From Octopus vulgaris (taxonomy: Eukaryota), in contig OX597816.1 of assembly GCA_951406725.2 (NCBI GenBank), positions 36,952,001 through 37,016,000 of the forward strand: 64,000 nt of DNA, written 5' to 3'. Shown piece after piece: positions 1 to 14,250 of this stretch. Made by a program: the position numbers and the translations under genes. The notes beneath the pieces were generated by a model, which saw only the letters and a list, made by a program, of their open reading frames with translations, was not told the origin of the DNA and made no database searches. Within the stretch, counting starts at the first letter, position 1; each line of letters opens with the position of its first letter.

Positions 1-916
1 CACTAGTCAAAGAAGATATAAAAGTTATATTTATCTTCTTTACTATACGTGATTATAGTTCCTACTAACCGCATTGCTGTGGTCAAGTTATGATCGATGC
101 GTAATCCCTAGAATAAAACGGAGATCAGTAAGTACAACTCATATCTGTTTACCCATAAAATATCTTGGCAAATGAGTGAAAAATATATAGAAATGTTGCC
201 AAATCTGGTGTATTCAGAACATGAAGACCACAGTAATTATAAAATATTTGCAAGACTAAACTTAATATAATCTTCAAGGACTGGTTATATTAGAATATGT
301 ATTTTTGAGTAATCCTCCGTTATATTTCATACCAATACGTTTTCGTTCGGAGACAGAGTACACCACGTCAAAGAAATTTACCAGTGTCAGATAAAAAATA
401 TCTTTGCTTTTATATGAGCTCAACTTAATATATTGCTAAACTAAAAAAAAGTTTTCACCTGTATTAGAAATAAGCAGACAGTTTGGAAAAGATGAAGTTG
501 TCGATGTAATTATAGTTGTTTCATGTCTGTGTGCATGTAAATAACTATATTCGATAAGCGTAACACAACTTTCGACATCGTTCAATAAAACATATTATGG
601 TGTTCAATTTAATGATATAACCGAATGTCCAATATATTGAGTGCAAAAAAATAATCTTCCATCTAAAATGTAGCAAATTATTTGTTAATGATATTTGTGC
701 AAAAAATAAATATAGTTGTGTTTTACGAGTCGAATGTTTAATAATAATAAAAAGCAAAGGCGCGAACAAATATTTCTCAAATATCATAATATTAAATTGT
801 TTTATGAAAAAAAGAATTATATGCCATTGTTATTGACGGACTTATAGACGTGAGCTGAACATACACAGAAAGAGATATGTATTCCATTAAAAACAGTGTG
901 CATGTCACACGTAAAC

Positions 917-1160
<244 letters not shown>

Positions 1161-1464
1161 ATAAATACATATAATATTTACATGTGTGTGTGTCTGTATA
1201 TGTCAGAGTGTGTGTGTGTGTGCATATATACACACACAGACATAAATATATATATATTCATATACATGTATATGCATGTACGCATATGGTTGTATGTATA
1301 ATCGAACGCCACATTTTGTAAGTGAAACAATGAAGAGTGTAATCAATATTATTTATTTACACTGAATTATTTTTTCCTGTGACTTCAGTTTCACTTCACC
1401 GCGACCACCCTGTCTTATTACAGGATAAAAGTGAGATATGAACGTATCGTTTAAAAACAGAAAG

Positions 1465-1603
1465 CCCGTTTCTCAACCATAGGGTTTCGTGTTCGAACCT
1501 ACTACTCGGATACTTGAACACGTATCTTCTGCTATAAACGAGGACCGACAAAATGTTTGTGAATGAAAATTGCTAGATAGAAAAATGTACGCAAGCTCGT
1601 CGG
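1465..1603 (+). mobile_element. Degenerate copy of SINE family B (5' part)
   Basis: Aligns by eye to the 41262 copy: gttcgaacctact...tatcttctgctata...ggaccgacaaaatgtttgtgaatg. Confidence 0.55.
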
Positions 1604-1676
1604 TGACAACATTCCAGTTCTTGAGAGACAGGCTGAATCTATCATCGGGTTTTACACTGTTGTTTATATTTGAACC

Positions 1677-2063
1677 GGAGGCGCAATGGCCAAGTGGTTA
1701 GGGCAGCGGACTCGCGGTCATAGGATCGTGGTTTCGATTCCCAGACCGGGCGTTGTGAGTGTTTATTGAGCGAAAACACTTAAAGGCTCCACGAGGCTCC
1801 GGCAGGGGATAGTGGTGATCCCTGCTGTACTCTTTCACCACAACTTTCTCTCACTCTTACTTCCTGTTTCTGTTGTACCTGTATTTCAAAGGGCCGGCCT
1901 TGTCACTCTCTGTGTCACGCTGAATATCCCCGAGAACTACGTTAAGGGTACACGTGTCTGTGGAGTGTTCAGCCACTTACACGTTAATTTCACGAGCAGG
2001 CTGTTCCGTTGATTCGGATCAACCGGAACCCTCGTCGTCGTAACCGACGGAGTGCTTCCACAC
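1677..2063 (+). mobile_element. Full-length tRNA-derived SINE, family A (tRNA-Arg-like head), with 12-bp TSD
   Basis: Head GGAGGCGCAATGGCCAAGTGG (A-box-like) ... GGTTTCGATTCCC (B-box-like). TSD TATATTTGAACC at 1665-1676 and 2064-2075. Near-identical inverted copy at 16187-16570. Confidence 0.93.
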
Positions 2064-2276
2064 TATATTTGAACCAGATCCCGGCTCAACAATAATACCA
2101 CCTTGCTTCGTAAGAGGCTGCAAAGCTATTAAAAGACCCATTGGGTTTTCACTTGACATATGACAAAGCTTTTAAGACAAGGTATACACACAATCCGAAA
2201 TTGTCTTCATTCACTACTATCCAACAAGGAATCTGATCCTGACCGCAGCATTTCCATACACACAGAAAATACCATT

Positions 2277-2750
2277 AGGTAGCGAAAGAGGTTGTGTGGT
2301 CGTCTAGACTGAACGGGCTGAAGACAGATACTTTCCTCTCTGGCCTACTCTCATCAAGTTTTTCAGATACCATCTGAAAAGGAAAGTAAAGTTTGAGAAA
2401 GAAATACTGACTTCCAGCAAATTTGTTGAAAGGTGGGTGAATGTTGCGAATATGGTCCGTGTGAAAGGGCCTAAGCATACACTTTTGAATTTCAAAGGAT
2501 GAGAGAATGATGGGGAGAGGGCACTTCTCCTAGTCGTCGGAGTGCTTGTGGGTTTTTCGTGGAGTCTCTATGAGTAGCCCTGAGTTGCTTGCCACATTTT
2601 TTGCATTTTCTCTGTTATATTTTTCATTGTTATCGCCTTTTTACACGACACTTTATGTAACCCCACTTTGTCCTTCACGCTTTGTAATGCCCAATCTCAT
2701 TTTTGTCGGCCCCTTTGGCTAATAAAGAAAAGGTTATTATTATTATTATT
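2277..2750 (+). mobile_element. 3' end of Tx1/L1-like LINE (ORF2 C-terminus, 3'UTR, AATAAA, (TTA)n tail)
   Basis: Manual translation VAKEVVWSSRL... / FFRYHLKRKVKFEKE...FVERW resembles Tx1-type ORF2 C-termini; ends gctaataaagaaaaggttattatt. Confidence 0.65.
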
Positions 2751-3706
2751 GCTCATTTCAAATGGGTTTGAATTTATCAATAACATTTGTTTGTCTGACT
2801 TTTCTCTCAACTTCACTTGAGTTGTGCAGTTTGAAAAGTGGGAACATTATGAACTTTTTCTGACCACATGTTGCCAGATGGTTGAGTAAAGAGATCTAAC
2901 AGACATCAGAGTACCTCATTTGTTGTTGTGCACTCATGAACGTTCCGATAATGCATTTTCAGTCAGACTAACATATATCTCTTCACAATTCGGGCATTTT
3001 GTGCAGTAAACTCAATTTCTGCTTCTGCAGTTCATATTTGCGGTTGCAAATATTCTACCGCAAAATGGGTGGCGATTTTATAGCTCGTTTAGTCGTCATG
3101 GATGAAAATTTGCTTCATCATTATCGTCCTCAGACCAAGCAGCAATCAATTCTGTGGCACCACAGCGGTTCACCATGTCCTAAGAAGTTTCGGATCTACA
3201 GGTTAACTGGATGGATTCTGGCTTCAGTGTTCTGAGACACAGACGGTGTACGCTTCATAAAATACATGCCAAATGGTCGCACCATCAACGCCGAATACTA
3301 CATTTCTCTGTTGGATGGACTGCGTGAAGCTTTGAAGCAGAAATGCCTTTGAAGGTGTTCTGTTTTTGCAGGACAATGTTCCAGCACACAGAGCACATTA
3401 AACTCTACAGAAATACACGACTTAGGCTTCGAAATGTTAGACCATCTTCCTTACCACCCTGACATTGTCCTCTCGCACTATCACTTCCTTCCATAACTGA
3501 AGAAAAATCTCAAGGGGTGGGGATTTCACTCCGATTCCGAAATGATCGCTGCCTGGTAACAGGCAAAACCTTCCGTGTTCTTTGTTACAGGGCTTTTAAA
3601 AACCAAAGAACCGTTGCAAAAATTGCGTGAATCTGAGAGGAATATGTTGAATAGAATCATAATTTGTTTTCTTTTACCCAAGGCCAGGAAGTTTTCAACA
3701 CCCCGT
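2750..3706 (+). mobile_element. Decayed mariner (DD34D-type) transposon
   Basis: VVMDENLLHHYRPQTKQQS.WHHSGSPCPKKFR, TINAEYY, LFLQDNVPAH, LDHLPYHPDIVLSHYHFLP*LKK with stops and frameshifts; TIR-like end ggccaggaagttttcaacaccccgt. Confidence 0.9.
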
Positions 3707-3709
3707 TCT

Positions 3710-3883
<174 letters not shown>

Positions 3884-3942
3884 AACTTACTTGGAAAAGA
3901 ATGCGTGGCGTTCGATCATATAATAATATATATAATATATAA

Positions 3943-4153
3943 ATATATGCATATATACATACATATATGTACATGCATAAATCTATATGTATATATACAT
4001 GCATATATGGGTAGAGGACATCTAAAAAACGTTGAACACAATGAAAAGCGAAAAAGTTTTTCATTGTGTTCAACGTTTTTTTTATGTCCTCTACCCATAT
4101 ATGCATGTATATATACATATAGATGTAGGTATGTACATATATGTATGTATATA

Positions 4154-4162
<9 letters not shown>
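3943..4162. repeat. Fold-back inverted repeat (105-bp arms, 10-nt loop)
   Basis: 3943-4047 is the reverse complement of 4058-4162 with 5 mismatches. Confidence 0.93.
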
Positions 4163-4197
<35 letters not shown>

Positions 4198-4699
4198 TAG
4201 AGTAGTTGTATTTACATCAAACGAAGTGGGCTACGTTAAATCCAGTACATGATAAAACTTTAGAGGTCTATAGACATGTTAAAAACTTGGCACAAAGATT
4301 GTTTCAATAGACATAGTGTCATCAAGTGGTCTGGTGTGTGTGTGTGTGTTTGTGAATATGTGTGTGTCTGTGTCTTTATGACTATGTGTGTGTCTCTATG
4401 TCTGTGTGTGTGCGTTTGCGTGTGTAATACGTTCTCTTAAACTACCTCTATATGCTATCAGGATTAAGGTAAGAAGTAGGGATTATCTACCAGCGTTCGT
4501 TGGACGATAAAATACGAAAACCTTCGAAAGCTGCTCATTAATACAACTCGTCAAACTAAAAAGTACAACCTCCTACACTGCATTTTATTGATGCAATAAA
4601 TACTTTGCTTAATATCTCTATGATATATATCCCTATATTATAATCTCTATCAGTAGCACGGAATGAAGCCTGGATGAATCGAATTCATAGTCTCTCTCC

Positions 4700-4743
<44 letters not shown>

Positions 4744-4889
4744 CACACAGGCATGTATACACACTCTTACACCCACGTGTACTCAATAAATATTACAGAT
4801 ATAGCTTTATGTTCATTAATTTGTATTTAGCACACACGATTGGTAGGGGATGGATATATCAGTTAGTGTCTTTGGTTTTCTTATTATTA

Positions 4890-5100
4890 ATGTGGCAAGC
4901 AGCGAAAATCGTTAGCGAGCCGGACAAAGTGCTTAGACTCATTTCGTCTATCTTTATGTTCTGAGTGCAAATTCCGCTGAGGCTGAATTTGCCTTTTATC
5001 TTTCCGGGGTCGATAAAATAAGTACGGGTGGAAGTTTTGGGGTCGATGTTATCGACTTAGCCCCTCCCCCATAATTGTTGGACCTGTACCAAAATTTGAA
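4890..5100 (+). mobile_element. SINE family C, diverged copy
   Basis: Core ttgccttttatctttccggggtcgataaaataagtac is shared with the copies at 7715, 15054 and 35140; further decayed copies at about 6325-6505 (+) and 6740-6912 (-). Confidence 0.8.
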
Positions 5101-5636
5101 ATCATCATTATCAATATTAATATTTTGTTCGTCTATCCACGTATATTGCTTATCGGTCCCGCAAGTTTATTATCATTCGTATTTTTACACAAAGTTATTT
5201 CTTATCGTTTTATAGATAGACTAACCAGAACCATAGAGAGCTGGTCAGTTTTTATGCATCTACAGCCCTTACAGGCTAAGTTGGGATCTGTTCAGCAAAC
5301 AGGCCCTTTAATGTTTGCTGAAGAAAGATGTCGAACGAGGATTGCTCGTGCGCTGGAAAGAACAAACGGCTATCCGCCGAACGAAACAGAGAAATCGTAA
5401 AAATTACTGACAGCAGCAACAACAGTAACCGAGAAAAGTATAAAGCTAATTTTTCGCTGCTAAAAGTTTCAACAGCGCCATTACCATCACAGGAACAACA
5501 AAAGAAAATAATGTCAAAGAAAAGCAACACCAACACTAGGAAGAACACTGCTGCCTCCACCATCATCACCAGTGACAAAAGCATATCCACCACCTCCTAC
5601 ACAAACATTAATACAACGGAAAACGTGCCTGAGTAG

Positions 5637-6232
5637 TGGAACCCATTTCCCCTACAGAAAGCGAAAGGACATGTATTCCAGTTTGGTTAAGCCTAAATAG
5701 GGACAAGACCCGATGGTCAGGCGGTAATATATAACGGAGATGTCTACATTCGTCACCTCTGCTTGACCTTGCAGAAACAGACTTCGGTCCATTCTTCGAT
5801 GATATTGGCCAACCTGTGTGTCACCTCGCCCTAGTTTTCACCAGGAGATCTATACCAAGCCTAGCAATTTAACTGGTCCCTCCATCCAGCATCCCACGAC
5901 ATTTATGAACGACATGAACCTGCCTTTCCAGGTACCGAGCTGCAGGCCCACTGACTTTTCTTGAATAACTTTTGCTCCAGCTACCGCCTCATATTCTTTT
6001 AGAGTAGTACCGATCAGGTCTATGACGGTGGCGTCGTCTGCGTATGCCGGCAGAATCCCCTCCCCCCAATATCCTAGTTTGCATGGGATGCCTCTCAATG
6101 CCTCCAATTTCTGCAGTAATGGCTCAAGAACCAGTAGATACAGAAAAAAGGAAAGGGAACTTTCTTGACAGACCGAACGCGTGATGTTGGATGGTTCCAT
6201 TAGGTAACCATTCACCTAAACTACCGAGCAGA
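5637..6232 (-). mobile_element. Tx1/L1-like LINE reverse transcriptase fragment
   Basis: ORF 5850-6215: ITRSVCQESSLS..LYLLVLEPLL, AYADD, YEAVAGAKV..EKS..L.LG.W, VKLLG, which are RT motifs of the Tx1/L1 type. Confidence 0.85.
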
Positions 6233-6249
6233 ATATTATTATTATTATT

Positions 6250-6299
<50 letters not shown>

Positions 6300-7714
6300 T
6301 AATATTATTATTATTATTAGCTCAGAGAAAATGTAAGCAGCATTTCGCCCGTCTTTATGTTCTGAGTTCAACTTCCACCGGGATCAACTTCACCTTTCAT
6401 CCGTTTGGGATCGATAAATTAAGTATCTGTTGAGACCTGGGGTCCATATAATTGATTAATCCCCTATCCTACTATTGCCGGCCTCGGACTAAAGCGTGAA
6501 ACCATTATTAGCTTTTGTGTTTACAAGCTACCCTGACCAGGTTGCTGTACCTGTGTGTGTGTGTGTGTGTGAATGAGTGTCTATAGAATGAAATAAGTAC
6601 TATAGCATCTACTATAGAATGTCAATTAATACTATAGAATGCCCTCGTGTATATGTGTGCGTGCAAGCACGGTGGGTGTCTATATATACAAGTATAGGCA
6701 AGTATTTGTGGCCCAGTTGATGACTATATAATTATTTTTGAGTTTGGCACAGACAAGAAATTATAAATGGAGGAGCAAACCACTTACATCGACACCAGTG
6801 CTCCACTAGTACTTATTATATCGAAAGGAAAAGTGAACCTCAGTGGTATTTGAACTTAGAACTTATATTGTAAGTTCTAAGCATTTTGACTGGCATGCCA
6901 GCAGGACGCCTTTGACGTTTTATATAATACTTCAACTCGATTAAGAGTATGATTTCTGTACTAATAGCTTGGATGAATTTAATATTTATCTCAGACTTTA
7001 CTTAAATAAAAAGGGTTCCTGCAGAGAAATATTATGAAACATAACCTTCGGTAGATATACTATTCAAATGAAATATTCATATCGAATAAACATTTATTAT
7101 AATCTGTAACGGTTGACTTGTATTTATATTTGATTATTGTTGACGTAATTTTAAAGGTGTCATATCCGGCAAAAATACTTTGAATTGATACATTTTGCAC
7201 CAAGTATAAAGAAGCATACACAGATATTATGTATTTCACTACTTTTAATTAAGGATTTGGTTGAAATTATATAGAGATATATTGAAGAGGATTTTTTTGT
7301 TAACTTTTGTATTAGTTTAGTAAACAATATACTAGATTTGATAATAATCGTTTTCGATAGCAATTATAAGCTGAGTAAAATTATTTTATTTTTACCTCCC
7401 CAACATTACAAGATGAAGCAATTTATCGTATTAGGTGTGTATCTCTTCTTAGTATGTTGTTTTGCCAATTTTCACTTAGATTATTCCCAGATCCTATTGA
7501 TTATTGCCTCACACAACTGGATAAATGAGGATTTATTAGTACAGCAAAAGCCTCAACTGATTTTCATTGCAGATGTTTGATTCGATTCAATAGCGACCAC
7601 ACCGTTTGCGATCATCCCTGGATTATATTTCTCTACAAAGGTATCTTCAAAGCTCATCAGTGTTAAATCCACGAAGCAGAAGCACGCATGCAAATAAAAA
7701 ACACGCGACAAAAT

Positions 7715-7951
7715 ATCTGTTTCTTTACTACCCACAAGGGGCTAAACACAGAGGGGACAAACAAGAACAGACAAACGGATTAAGACGATTATATCGAAAC
7801 CAGTGCGTACCTGGTACTTAATCTATCGACCCTGAAAGGACGAAAGGTAAAGTCGACCTCGGCGGAATTTGAGCGAAGAACGTAACGGCAGACGAAATAC
7901 GGCTACGCATTTCGTGCGACGTGCTAACGTTTCTGCCAGCTCGCCGCCTTG
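7715..7951 (-). mobile_element. SINE family C
   Basis: Reverse complement of aaggcggcgagctggcagaaacgttagcac...gtttagccccttgtgggtagtaaagaaa; partial copy at 9110-9250 (-). Confidence 0.9.
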
Positions 7952-8656
7952 CACGCGAAGAATATCGACAACATTTGAATAAGGGAAGACATTTATATCA
8001 CTCATCCCTCGTTGAATTATATGAATTCACTGAGCGTATTTCATTGGCTAGAAATATTTTCAGATCTAATATATTACTAAAATATTTTACTTCCGTGTTT
8101 ATGCATTTTTTTCGTAAAATACTAAACTGCATACGCATAACAGATTTCTTTCAAGATTTAAAGAAAATCATTTTAAAATAAGAAACCGTATTAACGTTAC
8201 GGCTAACGCTGCGAAAAGTGACAATATTAAACTCAATTGAAGAAATTCCTCTTTCTATTTTTGAGAGCTTTCAGCTACATTTGTTACATTACTGTTAACT
8301 ATATATTATGCTGCTTTTTTAATGAGATTCTACTTTAACTTTAAGGATTGGTTTGTATACATTCTTTTAATGTTCACTTCGACGTCAGTTAATGGCTAAA
8401 TTTACAAGCTAATGGCTATATCTTATGAATTGAATAGCTTTGACTAAATCGAATCCACACATGTTTGCACATAAACTCTCATACACGCGTGTGTTAGTTT
8501 ATGTTTATCTATGGCCTTGAATTTGTATATTTAATTATGAAGTGGTTGTATATATATATCTATGTATATATAATACTATAATAATATATTTGTATCTCTC
8601 TCTCTCTCTCTTTATATATATATATATACATACACACACACACCACAAACGCACAG

Positions 8657-8748
<92 letters not shown>

Positions 8749-8784
8749 ATATATATACATGTAGAAGGTTGAAAAGTTACACGC

Positions 8785-8873
8785 GAGTTTGCCGAACCGC
8801 TAAGTTACGGGGACGTAAACACAACAACACCGCTTATCATGCGATGTTAGGGGGGCCAAACACAGACACACAA

Positions 8874-8946
<73 letters not shown>

Positions 8947-9070
8947 CGGCGGGCTTCTTTCAGTTTCCGTCAACCAAATCCACTCACAATGCTTTGGTCT
9001 GCCCTCAGCTATAATAGAAGACACTTGCCCAAGGTGTCTCGCAGTGGGAATGAACCCGGAACACAGCCAC
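8785..9070 (-). mobile_element. SINE family B with internal (CA)n(TA)n
   Basis: gccgaaccgctaagttacgggg...cttctttcagtttccgtcaaccaaatccactcaca...agacacttgcccaaggtg; homologous to 17858-18285. Confidence 0.85.
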
Positions 9071-9624
9071 TCATATTTTTTTCAACATCCTTTTGATTCT
9101 AAGAACACAACCTATTTCTTTATTACCCAAAAGGGGCTAAACACAGAGGGGACAAACAAGGACAGACATAGGTATTAAGTCGATTACATCGACCCCAGTG
9201 CGTAACTGGTACTTAATTTATCGACCCCGAAAGGATGATAGGCAAAGTTACCATTTCTCTCTGTGCGGTCATACAAAAGACCATATTTAGTAAATCTTAA
9301 AACTTTACTATCTACGACTTGATTTCTTTTCATTTTGACTCTTCCTGAGTGTTCGAAGATGTAAACATCCTTTTCATTGCAAAACTCCTACTGTATACTC
9401 CAACTGGACAGCCAAACGAACATCCCACATTTTTTTCTTTTCAAGACAGCACTCCCAGTATCAACTGGGAGTGGTAAACACATTTGACCTCTGCTGACCT
9501 AAAGGGTGCGAAGAGCCCATTGTCTCTATAGCTGACCTCCCCACCATATTCCGAATATATTTATAGACCTGTAGAATATATATGATCTATTCGCCAAAAT
9601 GCTACCCAACTTTTCCCTGAAACA

Positions 9625-10171
<547 letters not shown>

Positions 10172-10360
10172 TGCTGCAGCTGCAAATACTAAAGTCTACT
10201 AACACTACATTAACACTAAAACTACTACTATTATGACAGCACATGAATCTGAGGCCCAACTACTACCCTTACCACCACCACCACCCACGCTACTGTGGCT
10301 GTTGCTGTAATCACTGCTGCTACTACACATAAAAACAATAATATCAGTGATATCAGTGAT

Positions 10361-10406
<46 letters not shown>

Positions 10407-10407
<1 letters not shown>

Positions 10408-10715
10408 GCTACCTAACTCAGATACGAGGAAACCCCAAAATGGCAGAAATTCAAAAGATAGTACTCATGGGAACTGCTCATATCTTACGCAAAATACTTT
10501 CTATGTAATCTCAAGGTTTAAAACAAACATAATTTTCGGTTTAAAAAAAAAAAAAAACTTTTTTTTAAGACATTCATTAGTACAACACCCCCACCCCCAA
10601 ATATATGGCACACTAGGCATAACAACAACATGAACTTCCAACCCTGTTGTCTCTTGAGGTCTCTGGGTGAGACTTGGAGCCAACTTGTACAAATATAAAG
10701 CAAAAGTCAAACATA

Positions 10716-10797
<82 letters not shown>
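10407..10797 (+). mobile_element. 3' end of R4/Dong-like LINE in (TAA)n
   Basis: SYLTQIRGNPKMAEIQKIVLMGTAHILRKILSM* followed by a 3'UTR and (TAA)n; inverted sibling at 12948-13322. Confidence 0.85.
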
Positions 10798-10799
<2 letters not shown>

Positions 10800-11620
10800 A
10801 AGGAAATGGGTGGAGCCTCCTCATCCTCATGAGCTGATTAATGATGCATCTAGTGATGGTGTCATAATAAAAATACTGGTAATTGTACAACCTGACAATC
10901 GCTACCTTATTTGAATGACAATGAAAAACAAAATATTGTGAATAACGGTGGTAATGAAACTGAAGCCAATGATGGTGACAGTGTTACACCTGGTAGGCTC
11001 AGAGATTCTGGTCCGACTCTAGGCTGTCGATATCCAGAAAGAGACCACCACATACGGCGTAGATTGAGCAAGCAAATTAATGTTGTGGTCATGGAGTGTT
11101 ACTACCTGTGTATGATCATTTGAAAGAAAAGGGTTTCAACTCACGGAACAGAGACTATGTGATCAAGCTAGAGCAATAAGGAAAAATTGTTGGTTCACAG
11201 AAGTAGAGCTCGAAGCTATCAAAAGACGTGTAATGGAACGATAGCAGCAGAGATAACGATGGAAATACAGTTCTTACTAATAAGAGTAATCCCATAGCAC
11301 AGGAAAGGAGCAGTGGTAGTTTACTAACAGGAGTGATAAGAATAGTAACAACAGTGAAAAAAAATGTTAGAATACGAACATTAATTGTCATGCTGTCAAA
11401 ATGAAGATAACGTAAGGAGATGTGACTGATAGTGGAAGGAAAATGCACCCAAGCAATAAGACACCTGAGGGAAGTAAGAGGGATGGTAATGAGGCTAACG
11501 AGGACCATTCCTGATGACATTAGATTCCACTTGCAAGGTATAGATTTACAAGTGGTGGGTGAGCCGGAAGGAACAATACAGTAAATAGCTAAATTAATGG
11601 AAGGAACTAAAGTAGGTACG
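10800..11620 (+). mobile_element. 5' region of R4/Dong-like LINE (decayed N-terminus)
   Basis: RRRLSKQINVVVMECYY and [30 protein letters not shown], a typical N-terminal motif pair of these elements; starts at a (TAA)n tract. Confidence 0.65.
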
Positions 11621-11727
11621 TGAATGACTACTTCTACTGAAGAGGAGACACTAGCTTCAGGCTTTAAGCTTGACAGTGATTTACATTAAACAGTGAGGAG
11701 CATACATATATTTCTATACACTTCTCG

Positions 11728-12350
11728 TACGAAGTAGTATCAAACCTTTCCTGGATTAGTTATGTTTAATAAAAAGTTACTTATGCACCTAAGTTTTAAT
11801 ATCATCTCCTTCTAAATTGTCACCTTGCACAACAATACACCAGTCCCAGCATCCCTGCCACTTTTGGAATCCGGCTTGGAAGTCAGTTTCCATAAACGAG
11901 TCGAGGACCTTCTGCGATTCGCTCCTGATCCCTACAACGGTGTTAGAACGGTAACATTTGAGCTGCATTTTGATCTTGGGATAAAGATGGAAGTACACTG
12001 GTGCTAAATTAGGCCAATTGGTCGGTGGGGAAGTGATACCAAGTCGTTTATGGCGAGAAACTCAAGGGGGCGGAGAGCTCGGGAACAGGGTGAAGAATCC
12101 AATTTACCACGCTCCAAAGACCCGGTCGATTTTGCAGTATATATCCTCCTCCAAACGCTTCGAAACGTTGCAGTAGAACTCTCCATTGATGTTCTGTCCC
12201 TAGAGGAGAAAGTCTCGATGCACAATACCGCGGATATCGAAAACAACGATGAACATGCTGTTGATTGAGCTGCAGTTCTGTCAAGTTTTTTGAAGGGCCC
12301 GTGCCAGTCGGAATATTGCGTACGACACTTCCAATGATTTAAGATTAGTT
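11728..12350 (-). mobile_element. Mariner, 3' half (transposase C-terminus and TIR)
   Basis: MLIVVFDIRGIVH, INGEFYC, DFQAGFQKWQGCWDWCIVVQGDNLEGD; TIR TAcgaagtagtatcaaacctttcctggattagt at 11728. Confidence 0.88.
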
Positions 12351-12422
12351 AAGATGCAGTACCAGGCCACTGACTGGTACTGCAACAGCTCATTTATTAT
12401 TATTATTATTATTAATATTATT

Positions 12423-12840
12423 GAGTGAGAGAGCAGTGCATGCCATCAAAGTGACACTGGGGTAAAATATACGAAGCCCAGTATACCCATCATGACTACC
12501 CGTCTGATAAGGGTACACTAGACACATGCATCACAACCATATCTGCGCGACATGGGGATCTCATATCAAAATAAACAGCACATGACCTTGCAGGTGGAAC
12601 CCAGTTAGAATTTTCTTCAGGTCGAGTAACCCATCCCACTCGAAAGGTCCCTGAATAAGGGTTGTTTAAGGATGTTGAACGAAACACCCATGTTTCCAGA
12701 GATGAATTATTCAAACCCCAAAGAATCCCTCTCAACACATGGCTATGGTGCTCCCCCGCTACTTCTGCTCGTGATCAGAGATGCATATATCGTCAGCCAC
12801 TAAGGGACATGCTCAACTGGTTAAAGTCAAACAACTGACA
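12423..12840. mobile_element. About 420-bp non-coding interspersed element bounded by (TTA)n on both sides
   Basis: GC-richer block with sharp (TTA)n boundaries inside the mariner; family not identified. Confidence 0.55.
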
Positions 12841-12841
12841 A

Positions 12842-12917
<76 letters not shown>

Positions 12918-12947
12918 TCTATTTTTATTATTATTATTATTATTATT

Positions 12948-13322
12948 CTATGTTTGACTTTTGCTTTATATTTGTACAAGTTGGCTCCAAGTCTCACCCA
13001 GAGACCTCAAGAGACAACAGGGTTGGAAGTTCATGTTGTTGTTATGCCTAGTGTGCCATATATTTGGGGGGTGGGGATGTTGTACTAATGAATGTCTAAA
13101 AAAAAAAAAGTTTTTTTTTTTTTTTTTTAAACCGAAAATTATGTTTGTTTTAAACCTTGAGATTACATAGAGAGTATTTTGCGTAGGATATGAGCAGTTC
13201 CCATGAGCACTATCTTTTGAACTTCTGCCATTTTTGGGTTTCCTGGTATCTGAGTTAGGTAGCTATCAGCCCCTTTTGCTATCATTCCCAGGGCACCTAT
13301 GACAACAGGTATTGTTTTAGTC
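12948..13322 (-). mobile_element. 3' end of R4/Dong-like LINE in (TTA)n
   Basis: KTIPVVIGALGMIAKGADSYLTQIPGNPKMAEVQKIVLMGTAHILRKILSM*; near-identical to 10407-10716. Confidence 0.88.
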
Positions 13323-13378
13323 TATTATTATTATTATTTCTATTTTTATTATTATTATTATTATTATTACTATTTCTA

Positions 13379-13431
<53 letters not shown>

Positions 13432-13434
<3 letters not shown>

Positions 13435-14250
13435 TCGTTGTATTTTTATAGCGTGCTTTCACTTCACTACCGAGCGCAGCTCTGTGTGCCTTAGGTATGT
13501 GCTGTGATTTGTTGTGATGCTCTGATGGTTATTGTATGGAAAGTGTTCTGGGTAGGATGTGTGCAGTACCTAGTAGTGCAATTTTCTGTATGTTATATGT
13601 GTTTGTAAGTCCTGGTGTATTTGTCTGAATATTTTTTTATCATGCCAAATGCACCTACTATGATAGGAATTGTTTCTGTTTTTAGATTCCACATTCTGGT
13701 TACCTCTATTTCCAGGTCTTTGTATTTTGAGAGTTTCTCCATTTCTTTTAGAGACACGTTGTCATCTGCCGGTATTGATACATCAATTAGAAAGCATTTT
13801 TTTCTTCATGATCTTTGACAACTATATCTGGTCTGCTGACCTTAATTTCTCTATCTGTGTGTATCGGCATATCCCAGAGTATGGTTGCTTTCTCGTTTTC
13901 TGTGACCTCTTCTGGTGTGTGCTTATACCATCTTTTTTCTGTTGTTATTCCATAGTGTTGGCATAGCTTCCATGTATGTAGGTTCCAACTCTGTCATGTC
14001 TGTGAATATATTCCTTCTTAGCCAGGACTGGGCAGCTAGAGATAATATGATTTATTGTTTCTTGTCCATCTCCACATATTCTGCAGTTACTTGTATATTT
14101 TTTTTCATTACAAGTTTTCGGTAATTTCTGGTGGGGAGGCTTTGGTCTTGTGCAACAATTAAAAAATCCATCTGTCTCTGCTTTGAGTCCTGAGATTCTC
14201 AACCATTGCTGGGATTTTTCTTTGTCTATTTCTTTTGCGTTTAGTTTAGT
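13432..14250 (-). mobile_element. R4/Dong-like LINE C-terminus (CCHC knuckle and REL endonuclease), second family
   Basis: [93 protein letters not shown]. Confidence 0.9.

Noticed and set aside
1-870. Repeat-poor stretch as a possible host exon (likewise 20400-22900)
   Set aside because: No recognisable protein similarity or convincing splice-bounded frame; short exons cannot be excluded without RNA data.
1677-1752. tRNA-Arg-like sequence (also 16495-16570)
   Set aside because: It is a SINE head: it continues into a 390-bp repeated body with TSD and lacks a proper acceptor stem.
1812-2012. ORF conserved with 16237-16488
   Set aside because: The conservation reflects two young SINE copies, not coding constraint.
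10800-10850. agcctcctc motif at a LINE 5' end, reminiscent of HDV-like ribozymes
   Set aside because: I could not build the P1/P2/P1.1 pairings.
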